Origin: Raillietiella orientalis
Taxonomy: Eukaryota
Direction of reading: 5' to 3'
DNA length: 34,570 nt
Assembly (NCBI GenBank): GCA_036172245.1
Contig: JAYWIR010000023.1
Coordinates: 3,100,001 to 3,134,570, forward strand
Below the pieces are notes generated by a model. That model had not been told where the DNA came from, did not search any database, and was given only the letters and a program-made list of their open reading frames with translations. Positions 11,419-22,025 of the stretch are shown here, piece by piece. The stretch's first letter is position 1; each line of letters begins with the position of its first letter. A program made the translations under genes and the position numbers.

Positions 11419-14286
11419 CCCGGTCACGCCGGGACGTTTATTGTTATAAACTAGCTGGAAACAGTTGTTTCCATCTAACGACTACAAAAACCAACAACAA
11501 AGATACACCACTGGCACGCAGGCCAGGAAAATGGAAAAACCTGAATGAATGGGGAAGGAGGGGACTACAAACAAAAAAGAAAAGTCTAAATGGAAGGAAT
11601 TGGCCAGGGAACTTTGGTGACGCTCCGAAGTCACCGGAAAAGATAAAAAACAAAAGCACCAAAGGCACTACGAAGCAAATGGGAAGTGGGGCGCAAGAAC
11701 AAAAATAAAGTAAACAGGGGAATGGAGGAGGATCACCGGGTTCTTCGTTCCAAACCGTGTATCATACAGCGATAAATGCCAGTGAGCTCCTCCGTTGCGT
11801 TTTCTCTACGTGTCGCCACCCAGCTGTCACTCTGAGGAAGTCGGCTGCCTTCCTGGCCACGCAACATCGCTGACCAGTATTCTCCAGCACGTCTCGGACC
11901 GTGACGATGGTGCGAATGCAACCAACTGTGGAAATCATCGCAGCCGTCGAAAGTCCTTGGGCTTGGAAGAAACGTCGCAGCACTTCTTGGGCGGTGTCCC
12001 TCGGTAGCAGGAGTGCTGCTGCCAACTTCCGCCAGAGTTCCTGGAGGGCACCGCAGTCCAAAACAAGGTGCGGAAACGACTCCTTCGCACCGCACCGGGC
12101 AGAGTAGGGTGAAGCCACCCCACCGGAAACTCGGTGGCGCCGTTCGTTGTGGCGCAAGCCCCAGTGCAAGAAGAGCAAGACGTCTTGCTTCCATGCAAGG
12201 GGAAACACCGAGCCGTCCAATCACCAGAGAGGGATTATGAGTTCCTCGGGGGAAACACCAAGAGTAACTCCCCAACGAAGTTACCCCATTTGGTGTAGCA
12301 CGAGGAGTGGCGGCATCCGCAAGCTCGCTCGTGGCTCATTGGCCAAGTGGTTTCATTCTTTCTGCAATGGTGCAGGAGAACTCCCACCTTGCCGGATGGC
12401 TACTGTCTTCTCGAACCTCGAGGGCAGACAATGCTTCGGCAAGGGGTGTGATGGCCAGAGAGGAAAACTTCACCTGGTCCTGCATCACATCTTGGAGTGA
12501 CCAAGGTCGAAATTGACGCAGGGGGCGAAGATTTTCGTGGCCCATTCGTAAGAATGCAGCCAAGGAATCAAAGGATTTCTGCCGCCATGCATCGTAGCTC
12601 ATTGCGCGGCAGGAAATCCATGTATTTGCTTCCAACAAGGTGGTGAGCTGCCTCAAAGGATACCCAAATCCCTGTCTCCTGTGACGCATGCCTGGCACCA
12701 GGGAATAAAGTGCTTCTCTGCCGGCACATCTCCGTAGGAGGATGCGCGCGGGCGCACACAGGGGGGAAGTCTATAGCTCGGCACACAGTGCCAGCATCCG
12801 GAACTGCACTTGCATTCCGATCCGCTCTATCGTCAGGATGCCAAGATCGGCATCGCGACGTGCAGCCGTCACGTCTTTCAGGAGGATCCTGGATCGCGCA
12901 GGACCCCAGAGAGCGTTCCTTAGCAGGCGTTTTGCCCGCTCTTTGGCCGCGTAAGGGGGGTCCAAAACAAAAAACAGGGGGTGGAGGGGGGGCCACAAAG
13001 GTATTCCAGATAGCCACCCGTTCCGGCAAGGTAAACTTGCCGTTAATGAACGGGATGGCGACCAACTCTGCCTTATGAAGGCAGCCCGACCACGCCTCCG
13101 CTGCGCCGAGGTCGCTGAGCGGAACTCCAAGGTACTTTAAATACCCTGCCGTGGGGATCTTCAGGTGGATCCAGTCGGGCTGCCCCTCCAACGACGCTCC
13201 CACAGGAACGACCACGCTCTTCTTCCTGTTCACGCTCACGCCCGCTCCCCGACGAATCAGTACGAAGAAATCTTCGACACTGGACGCCGGGGTGGACATG
13301 GGGAGCAGAAGAAGCAGGTCATCAGCGTAGGCGGCCACGGCAGGCGTTCCCGGGCATGAGCTAGGCAGGTATTCCAGCGTCACCCTATACGCCCTCAGCA
13401 CCAACTCAAAGAAGATGCTGAAGAGCAACGGGCTTAAACTGTCGCCCTGCCTGATGCCCCTACGTACGGGAATACCGTACACGTGGCAGCCGCTAAAAGA
13501 AATGCATGTTAGCGCGTGGCGCCAGCAAGCGCGCAAGTAATGCAGGAGTTGCGCTGGGAGACCGAGGCGTTCCAAGAGCTCCAAGAGGAGTCCTTGGTTT
13601 ACGCAATCGAACGCCTTGTAGAGGTCGACTGCGACCGCCAAGGCACCCGGCGTACCCTCCTGCCGCTTGTGTCGATATCGTGTGCCTTTGTCAGCGGCAT
13701 TTGACACGGATCGTGTTTGCTGCGCTACGCGCTCCTGCAGCTGCATCCAGGTGCAGGCAAACAGGAGGTTCGCGTCCATGGACCGCCCGGGAACAGCGAA
13801 AGTCTGCTCCGGGCTTACCAAGGACTGCGCGATTCTTCCTAGCCGAGCAACCCACAGCTTGGAGAACAATTTGACGTCCGAGTTCACCAAGGTGACCGGA
13901 CGCCAGCTGTTCAGATGGCGTGCGTCCCCACCTTTCGGCAGGAGACGCACCCTTGCTGAGCGGAAGGAATTGGGGACATCCCCCGAAACCCTCATCAGCG
14001 ACGAGAGGCTAAACACCAGGGGGACGAGCTCCGCCGCGAAGCACTGGTAAAACTCCGCGGGCAGCCCATCCTCGCCTGGTGCTTTACGTCTCTTGAGCTT
14101 CGCGATGGCGGAGGAAATTTCCTCCGCCGTGAAGGACTCGTCGAGATGTGCGCGTTCCTCTTCGCTAACAACGGGAGCATCCTGCAACAGAAGTATCTCC
14201 GAAAAGATGTTTTCCGTGGGCGCTTCCGCGTATAGCGAGGAGTAATAACGCCTTATGCGGCGAATACCGGCTGGTGCCACAGCCAA
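11419..14286 (-). mobile_element. L1/Tx1-like LINE copy B, 3' portion (RT to 3' UTR), lacking the endonuclease
   Basis: 572-aa ORF with RYYSSLY, KAPGEDGLPAEFY, WRPVTLVNSDVKLFSK, DLYKAFD, RGIRQGDSLSPLLF, YADD (13318-13329), KYLGV. A T-rich 3' UTR at ~11440-11730 has a minus-strand AATAAA at 11437-11442. Confidence 0.95.
11762..14286 (-). pseudogene. Disrupted ORF2 (reverse transcriptase plus C-terminal zinc-binding region) of LINE copy B
   Basis: The RT frame shifts at the G-rich run ~12976-12992 into the frame giving ALWGPARSRI...DLGI. There is an in-frame stop at 12771-12773 and a further break near 12220-12340, then ARCGAKESFPHLVLDCGALQELW. Confidence 0.85.
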
Positions 14287-14372
14287 CGACGGACGTGTTT
14301 TCGAAGCGCTCCGTCAAGAGAAGGGTTTCTTTGTATTGTGTCGTGTGCTTTCGCGGCTGTTGACGGGCAGCG

Positions 14373-15952
14373 ATGCCTGGAAACGCCGCCGTTAAAGGCA
14401 AGGGAGGCGGGAATGCTCCGCCTTCCAAGCCTGCTGAGGTAGGGTCTCACTCCACCACCCAATCGACCCCCACCGCCCCGGCGAGGGCATGGAGTGCGGT
14501 GGCAGCGGCTAAAACGCCGGACGTCGCCGCGGAAATTGCGGCCTACATACAGGAGGGCTATAATCCCGCCCTCCTGTACAAGGTAGGGAATTTATATTCG
14601 CCTCTCAGAACGCGAAAATTCGGGAATGCCAACCTTAGGATGGGCATTAAGGAAGAGGAGATTGCGTGCCTCTCCGTGCGCAGCGGCGGGCAGTTTGCCG
14701 AGTTAATCTGCAAAGATGCAGCTCTGACTCACAAACTGCTCTGCACGCCTGTGCAGATGGAGGGTCGCAACATCCTTCCCTACACGGTGGACCGTTCTAT
14801 TGTGATCCACCTAACGGGAACAACGGTGCAAATGGACGATACGTCCATTCGCGCCGAAATTGAAAAATACGTGGCGATTCATGCCACGTGGCGGAAGCCG
14901 AACACTTTCGGTATTAGGGCTGCCTTTAGCGGGCTCGTCGCCGCACGCGTGACCCTTCGCGAGGGGTGCGAACTTCCCCACAAACTCCAGATCGGCACCG
15001 AGTTTGTCGATGTATGGTATGTGGGGAAGCCGAAGTTTTGCGGCAGATGTAAGACGTTCGGGCATCTCAAAAAGAGATGCCCGGACGCATTATACCCCAC
15101 GTGCGGCGCTAAGGGTCACACTAAAGTGGTGTGCCCGATGGACGTCGCTCCACAGCCGTCGGAATCTTCCCAAAATATTAAGGAGAAGACAGCGGCTCAA
15201 ATAAATCGAAATATAATCGCGGAAAGAACGCCGAGCGAAAACGTCGTGCAGCAAGCAGCGGACTCATTAAAATAGACTCCGAAACAGACTGCCGACGAGG
15301 AAGGCTGGCAGCTGGTCTCCCGCAAAATTAAATTTATTAAAAAAACCGCGCTCGCCCCTGCGACGATCTCCAAAGGCAAGGCCAAGGCCGCGCCTCGGGA
15401 GGTCATCAAGGAGTGCCGTGTGAGAATTCGACGCGTTACGGAGATCGACAACCGCTCCGCTACGAAATCGATATGCAGTGACATCACTCCCGCTGAACCC
15501 GCCGTCGCGCATGCGCCGCAACCAAGTCGCGAATCAAGCCTAAGCAGCGAAGACGGAGCTTTCAGGAAAGCGACGGAAGAACTGGTGGCCATGTTCCAGC
15601 AGCCACCCAAGAGCGAGGAAATGGGCTTGAGACCCTGGCTGAGGCGAAAGGACCAGAGACTAGAGAGTACGAAGCCGAAGCCGGCAACACACCTTCCGTC
15701 GATCTTCGAAAGTGCCGGGCAGGTCGTAAGGAAGGCAACCCACGAAGAACCGCTCCTTCTCAGGCGGAGGGAATGCTCTCCGCAGATGAGGAGGCGAAGT
15801 CCGGGAGGTCTCGCGACCCCTCACCGGAAGCGGTCTTGCCTAAGCAAGATACACCGCCTTTGATAAACTCACAGCCTCCAGGCGAGGCTGAAGCTGTCGA
15901 TATTAATACACATCTCCCGCCTACTGAAAAGGAGGGGGCAATCACCGAGTAA
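14373..15952 (+). pseudogene. Gag-like ORF1 of an L1/Tx1-type LINE with CCHC zinc knuckles; one premature stop
   Basis: WSAVAA N-terminal motif; VWYVGKPKFCGRCKTFGHLKKRC (CX2CX4HX4C at 15039-15080); a second knuckle YPTCGAKGHTKVVC with its first Cys replaced by Tyr. The same frame continues past TAG 15273-15275 (DEEGWQLVSRK...) to 15863. A shifted low-complexity frame ends at ~15952. Confidence 0.85.
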
Positions 15953-15994
15953 TCATAAACACACGGTCGCGAGGATGAGTCGGTAAGAGGTGCA

Positions 15995-18900
15995 ACAGAA
16001 ACTTCTTAATTTTCTCTGAAACAGGGAATTTGGAACGCTGTGGGACTCTCCATGAAGGGAATTTGCAATCACGGCAAATAGATGCTTCGGGAAGAGGCGG
16101 AAGAGTGCAATGGTGAAATATACTCATTCCGAGTGGATTGCAAAACACAAAATGTCGAAAATTTATACCACACCATGAATCAGTGCGATGGAAAACACTC
16201 CCCATCTAATTTCAATACTGGTTACCATGAAAACAACACCGAGTCATAAGTGCACCGCTCTAATGAAGTGTGGAACTCTTCTTAATGTTACTCTGAATCA
16301 TTGCAAAGGAAAACTTTCATTATCTATTTCCGACACTGGTTACCATAAAAACTACACACAGTACAAAATGCCATACCCTAATAAAATGACGAATTCTTCT
16401 TAATCATCCTCTGAAACCAGGAAATTAGAAGTATGTGCGGCTCCATGTCGTGAATTTGCCACTTACTGCAAATGGATGCTTCTTGAAGAAGCGCAAAAGT
16501 GCAATGGTGAAATCTGCTCATCTCGAATTGATCAAAAGCCATCAGAAGATGTAAATTTGGACCAAATAATGAATCAGATCGAAGGAAAACATTCAATTAC
16601 TAATTCCGACACTGTTTCCCAAGTGAAAAACACAGACTCCAAAGTGACCCACCCTAGTGAAATGTCGGACTCCTCTTAATCATCCTCTGAAACCAGTAAA
16701 TTTCAAGGATGAGTGGTGATCCATAACGGTAGTTTGCCTCTCTCTGCAAATGGATACTTCGTGAAGAAAGGCAAAGGTGCAATTATGAATGAAGATGAGT
16801 TGCAATTGATTACACACCAGCAAAAGATGTAAATTTGGACCACATAATGAATGAGATTGAAGGAAAAAATTCCCTCTCTGATTTCGACACTGCTTTCCAT
16901 GAAAACAACACAGAGTACAAAGTGCCACACCCTAATGAAATGTCGGATTCTTCTTAGTCATCCTCTGAAACCAGGAATTTTGAAGTATGTGGGGCTCGAT
17001 GTCGAGAATTTGCCACTCGCTGCAAATGGATGTTTCGTACAGCAGCGCAACGATACAATAGTGAAAGAAGATAAGTTCCAATTGATTACAAACCAAAAAA
17101 AGTTGCATATTTGGAGCACATATTGAATCAGATCGAAGGAAAACATTCCCTTTCTAATTCCTTCACTGGTTACTATTAAAACAACACAGAGTCCAAAGTG
17201 ACCCACCGAAATCAAATGTCGTACTCTTCTTGATTATCCTCTGAAACCAGGAAATTGCAAAGATGAGCGGTGATCCATGACGGTAGTTTGCCTCTCGCTG
17301 CAAATGGATGCTTCGTGAAGAAGCGCAAAGTGCAATGCTGAAATCTCCTCATTTCGAATTGATTACGAACCAGCTAATGATGTAAATTTGGACCACAGAA
17401 TGAATCAGATCGAAGGAAAACATTCTTTTTCTAATTTCGTCACTGGTTACTATTAAAACAACACAGAGTCCAAAGTGACCCACCGAAATGAAATATCGGA
17501 CTCTTCTTGATCATCTTCTGAAACCAGGAAATTGAAAGGATGTGCGGCTACATATCGTGAATTTGCCAGTCACTGCAAATGGATGTTTCGTGAAGCAGCG
17601 CAACGATGCAATGGTGAAAGAAGATGAGTTAAAATTGATTACAAACCCCCCAAAATTTAAAAATCTTGAGCACATAATGAATCAGATCAAAGGAAAAAAT
17701 TCCCTTTTCCAATTCCGAAACTGGTTACCATGAAAACAACACGGACTGCAAAGTGCCCAACCCTAATGAATTGTCGGATACATTTTAAACATCATTTGAT
17801 ACCAGGAAATTGTAAAGTTGTGCGGTGATCCATGACGGTACTTTTCCTCTCACTGCAAATGGATGCTCATTGAAGAAGGGCAAAGGTGCAGTGTTGAATT
17901 CTGCTCATTTCGCATTGATGATAAACCATCAGAAGATGTAAATTTGGAAAACATAATGAATCAGATCGAAGGAAAAATTTCCCTTTGTAATTCCGACACT
18001 GGTTACCATGAAAACAACACAGACTGCAAAGTGCCACGCCCTAATGAAATGTCGGACTCTTCTTAAACATCCTCTGAAAACAGCAAATTGGAGAGATGTG
18101 CGGCAAAATGTCGTGAAATTGCATCTCACTGCAAATGGATGGTTCTTGAAGAAAAGCAAGGGTGCAATGGTGAAATCTTCTCATTTCAAATTGATTAAAA
18201 ACCATCACAAGATGTAAATTCGGACCACATAATGAATCAGATCGAAGGAAAAAATCCTCTTTGTAATTCCGACACTGGTTACCATGAAGACAACACAGAC
18301 TGCAAAGTGCCTCGCCGTAATGAAATGTCGGAATCTTCTAAAATATCCTGTGCAACGGAGAAATTGGAAGGTTGTGCGGTGATCCATGACGGTACTTTGC
18401 CTCTCACTGCAAATGGAGGCTTCTTGAAGAAGCGTAAAAGTGAACTGATGAAATCTGCTCACATCGAATTGATTAAAAACCATCAGAAAATGTAAATTTG
18501 GACCAATTAATAAATCAGAGCGAAAGAAAAAATTCCCTTTCTATTTCCTAGACTGGTTACCATGAAAAAAACACAGACTGCAAAGTGCCCAACCCCAATG
18601 ACATGACGGACACTTCTTAAACATCCTGTGAAACCAGGAAATTGTAAGGTTGTCCGGTGATCCATGACTGTATTTTGCTTCTCTCTGCAAATGGATTCTC
18701 CTTGGAGAAAGGCAAAGGTGCAATGGTGAAATCTGCTCATTTCAAATTAATTACACACCATCAGCGGATGTAAGTTTGGACCACAAAATGAATCACATCG
18801 AAGGAAAGAATTCCATTTGTAATTCCAACACTGGTTACCATGAAAACAACACAGACTCCAAAGCGCCCAGCCCAAATCAAATGTCGGACTCTTTTTGAAC

Positions 18901-21900
18901 ATCCTCTGAACCCTGGAAATTGTAAGAATGTGCTGTGATCTGTGACGGTACTTTGCCTCTCACTGCAAATGGATGGTTCTTGAAGACAGGCAAAAGACCA
19001 ATTGAGAAAGAAGCTGTATTAGAATTGATTACAAAACCCCCAAAAGTGGCAAATTTGAACTCCACAATGAATCAGATAAAAGGAAAAAATTCCTTTTATA
19101 AATCCTAGACTTGTTACCATGAAAACAACACAGACTGCAAAGTTCCCAACCCTAATCAAATCTCGGACACTTCTTAAACATCCTGTGAAACCAGGAAATT
19201 GTAAGGTTGTCCGGTGATCCATGACTGTATTTTGCTTCTCTCTGCAAATGGATTCTCCTTGGAGAAAGGCAAAGGTGCAATGGTGAAATCTGCTCATTTC
19301 GAATTAATTACACACCATCAGCGGATGTAAGTTTGGACCACAAAATGAATCACATCGAAGGAAGGAATTCCCTTCCTATTTCAGACACTGGTTACCATGG
19401 AAATAACACGGACTGCAAAGTGCCCAACCCTAATGAAATGTCGGACACATTTTAAACATCCTGTGAAACCAGGAGATTCTAAGGATGTGCTGTGATCCAT
19501 GACGGTACTTTCCCTCTCAGTGCAAATGGATGCTCCTTGAAGAAGGGCAAAAGAGCAATGGTGAAAGAAGATGTATTGGAATTGATTACAAAACCCCAAA
19601 ATTTGGAAATTTGGACCACATAATGGAGCACATCAAAGGAAACAATTCCCTTTGTATTTCCGACACTGGTTACCATGGAAACAACACAGACTGCAAAGAG
19701 CCCCGCCCTAATGAAATGTAGGACTCTTCTTAGATTTCCTGTGAAAGTTGGAAATTCTAAGGTTCTGCGGTGATCCATGACGGTACTTTGCTTCTCACTG
19801 CAAATGGATGCTCCTTGAAGAAGGGCAAAGGTGCAATGGTGAAATCTGCTCATTTTGCATTGATTAAAGACCATCAGAAGATGTAAATTTGGACCACATA
19901 ATGAATCAGATCGAATTAAGAGATTCTGTTTGTAATTCCGACCTTGGTTACCATGAAAACAACACAGACTGCAAAGTGCCCCGCCCTAATGAAATGTCGG
20001 AATCTTCTTAAATATGCTGTGCATCCAGGAAATTGTAAGGTTGTGCGGTGATCCATGACGGTACTTTACCTCTCACTGCAAATGGATGCTCCTTGAAGAA
20101 GGGCAAAAGAGCAATGCTGAAACAAGATGTATTGGAATTGGTTACAAAACCCACAAAGGTTGCAAAATCGGACCACATAATGAAGCACATCGAAGCAAAG
20201 AATTCCCTTTCTAATTCCGACACTAGTAACCATGAGAACAACACGGACTGCAAAGTGCCCAACCCTATTGAAATGTCGGACACATTTTAAACATGCTTTG
20301 AAACCAGGAGTTTGTAAGGTTGTACGGTTATCCATGACGATACTATGCCTCTCAATGCAAATGGATGCTACTTGAAGAAGGGCAAAGGTGCAAAGGTGAA
20401 ATCTTCTCATTTCGAATTGATTAAATACCATCAGAAGATGTAAATTCGGACCACATAATGAATCAGATCGAAGGAAAAAATTTTCTTTGTAATTCCGACT
20501 TTGGTTACCATGAAAAGAACACAGACTGCAAAGTGTCCCGCTCCAACGAAATGTCGGAATCTTCTTAAATATCCTGTGAAACCTGGAAATTGTAAGGTTG
20601 TGCGGTCATCCATGACGGTGCGCTGCCACTGACAGCAAATGGATGCTCCTTGAAGAAGGGCAAAAAAGAATTGGTGAAAGAATATGTGTTGGAATATATT
20701 ACAAAACCACCAAAAGTTTCAAATTTGCACTCCACAATGAATCAGATAAAAGGAAAAGTTCTTTTTATAAATCCTAGACTGGTTACCTTGAAAACAACAC
20801 GGATTGCAAAGTGCCCCGCCCTAATGAGATGTCGGACAATTCTTAAACATCCTCTGAAACCAGGAAATTGTAAGCTTGTGCGGTGATCCATGACGGTACT
20901 TGGCCCCTCACTGCAAATGGATGCTCATTGAAGAAGGGCAAAGGACCAAAGGTGAAAGAAGTTGTACTGGAAATGATTACAAAACCCCCAAAAGTTGCAA
21001 ATTTGGACCACATAATGAAGCAGATGAAAGGAAAGAATTCCCTTTGTATTTCCGACACTGGTTACCATGAAAACAACACAGACTGCAAAGTACCCCGCCT
21101 TAATGAAATGTCGGTGTCTTCCTAAACATCCCCTCAAACCAGGAAATTGTAAGGTTGTGCGCTGATCCATGACGGTACTTTGCCTCTCACTGCAAATGGA
21201 TGCTCCTTGAAAAAGGGCAAAGGTACAATAGTGGAATCTTCTCATTTCGAAATGATTAAAAACCATCAAAAGATTTAAATTAGGACCACAAAATGAATCA
21301 CATCGAGGAAAGGAATTCCCTTTCTAATTCCGACACTGCTAACCATGAAAACAACACAGGCTGCAAAGTGATCAGCCCTAATGAAATGTCGGACACTTTT
21401 AAAACAACCTTTGCAAAAAGGAATTTCTAAGGATGTGCGGCGATCCATGACGGTACTTTTCCTGTCACTGCAAATGTATGCTCATTGAAGAAGGGCAAAG
21501 GAGCAAAGGTGAAAAAAGATGTATTGAAATTGTTTACAAAACCCCCAAAAGTTGAAAATTTCACCACACAACGAATCAGAGCAAAGAAAAAAATTCCTTT
21601 TCTAATTCCGACACTGGTAACCATGAGAACAACACAGACTGCAAGGTGCGCAACCCTATTGAAATGTCGGACACATTTTAAACATCCTTTGAAACCAGGA
21701 AATATTAAGGTTGTGCGGTCATCCATGACGATGGTATGTCTCTCACTGCAAATGGATGCTACTTGAAGAAGGGTAAAGGTGCACTGTTGAAATCTGCTCA
21801 TTTCGCATTGATGATAAACCATCAGAAGATGTAAATTCGGACCACATAATGAATCAGATCGAAGGAAAAAATCCTCTTTGTTATTCCGACCCTGGTTACC

Positions 21901-22025
21901 ATGAAAACAACACAGACTGCAAGGTTCCCCGTCCCAATAAAATGTCGGAATCTTCTTAAATATCCTGTCCAACCAGGAAATTGTAAGGTTGTGCGGTGAT
22001 CCATGACGGTCCGTTGCCTGTGACA
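15995..22025 (+). repeat. Diverged satellite array, ~22 monomers of ~276-279 bp, with dimeric (~557 bp) substructure
   Basis: The anchor TGCAAATGGAT recurs every ~278 bp (e.g. ~16468, 16745, 17021 ... 21746). GGTTACCATGAAAACAACAC also recurs. The monomers differ visibly from one another. Confidence 0.95.

Noticed and set aside
11073..11708. 211-aa plus-strand ORF as a host gene
   Set aside because: It spans the antisense of a decayed endonuclease relic and a LINE 3' UTR across their junction, with no recognisable domain.
11401..15977. GAGGATG at 11401 and 15971 as a target-site duplication around the inverted LINE
   Set aside because: It is only 7 bp, is not exactly at the inferred ends, and is expected by chance.
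18038..18085. Hammerhead ribozyme in the satellite (CTAATGA...GAAA resembles the CUGAUGA...GAAA core)
   Set aside because: The core lacks the conserved G, stem II does not close next to GAAA, and the motif is altered (ATAATGA) in most young-array monomers. An Infernal search would settle it.
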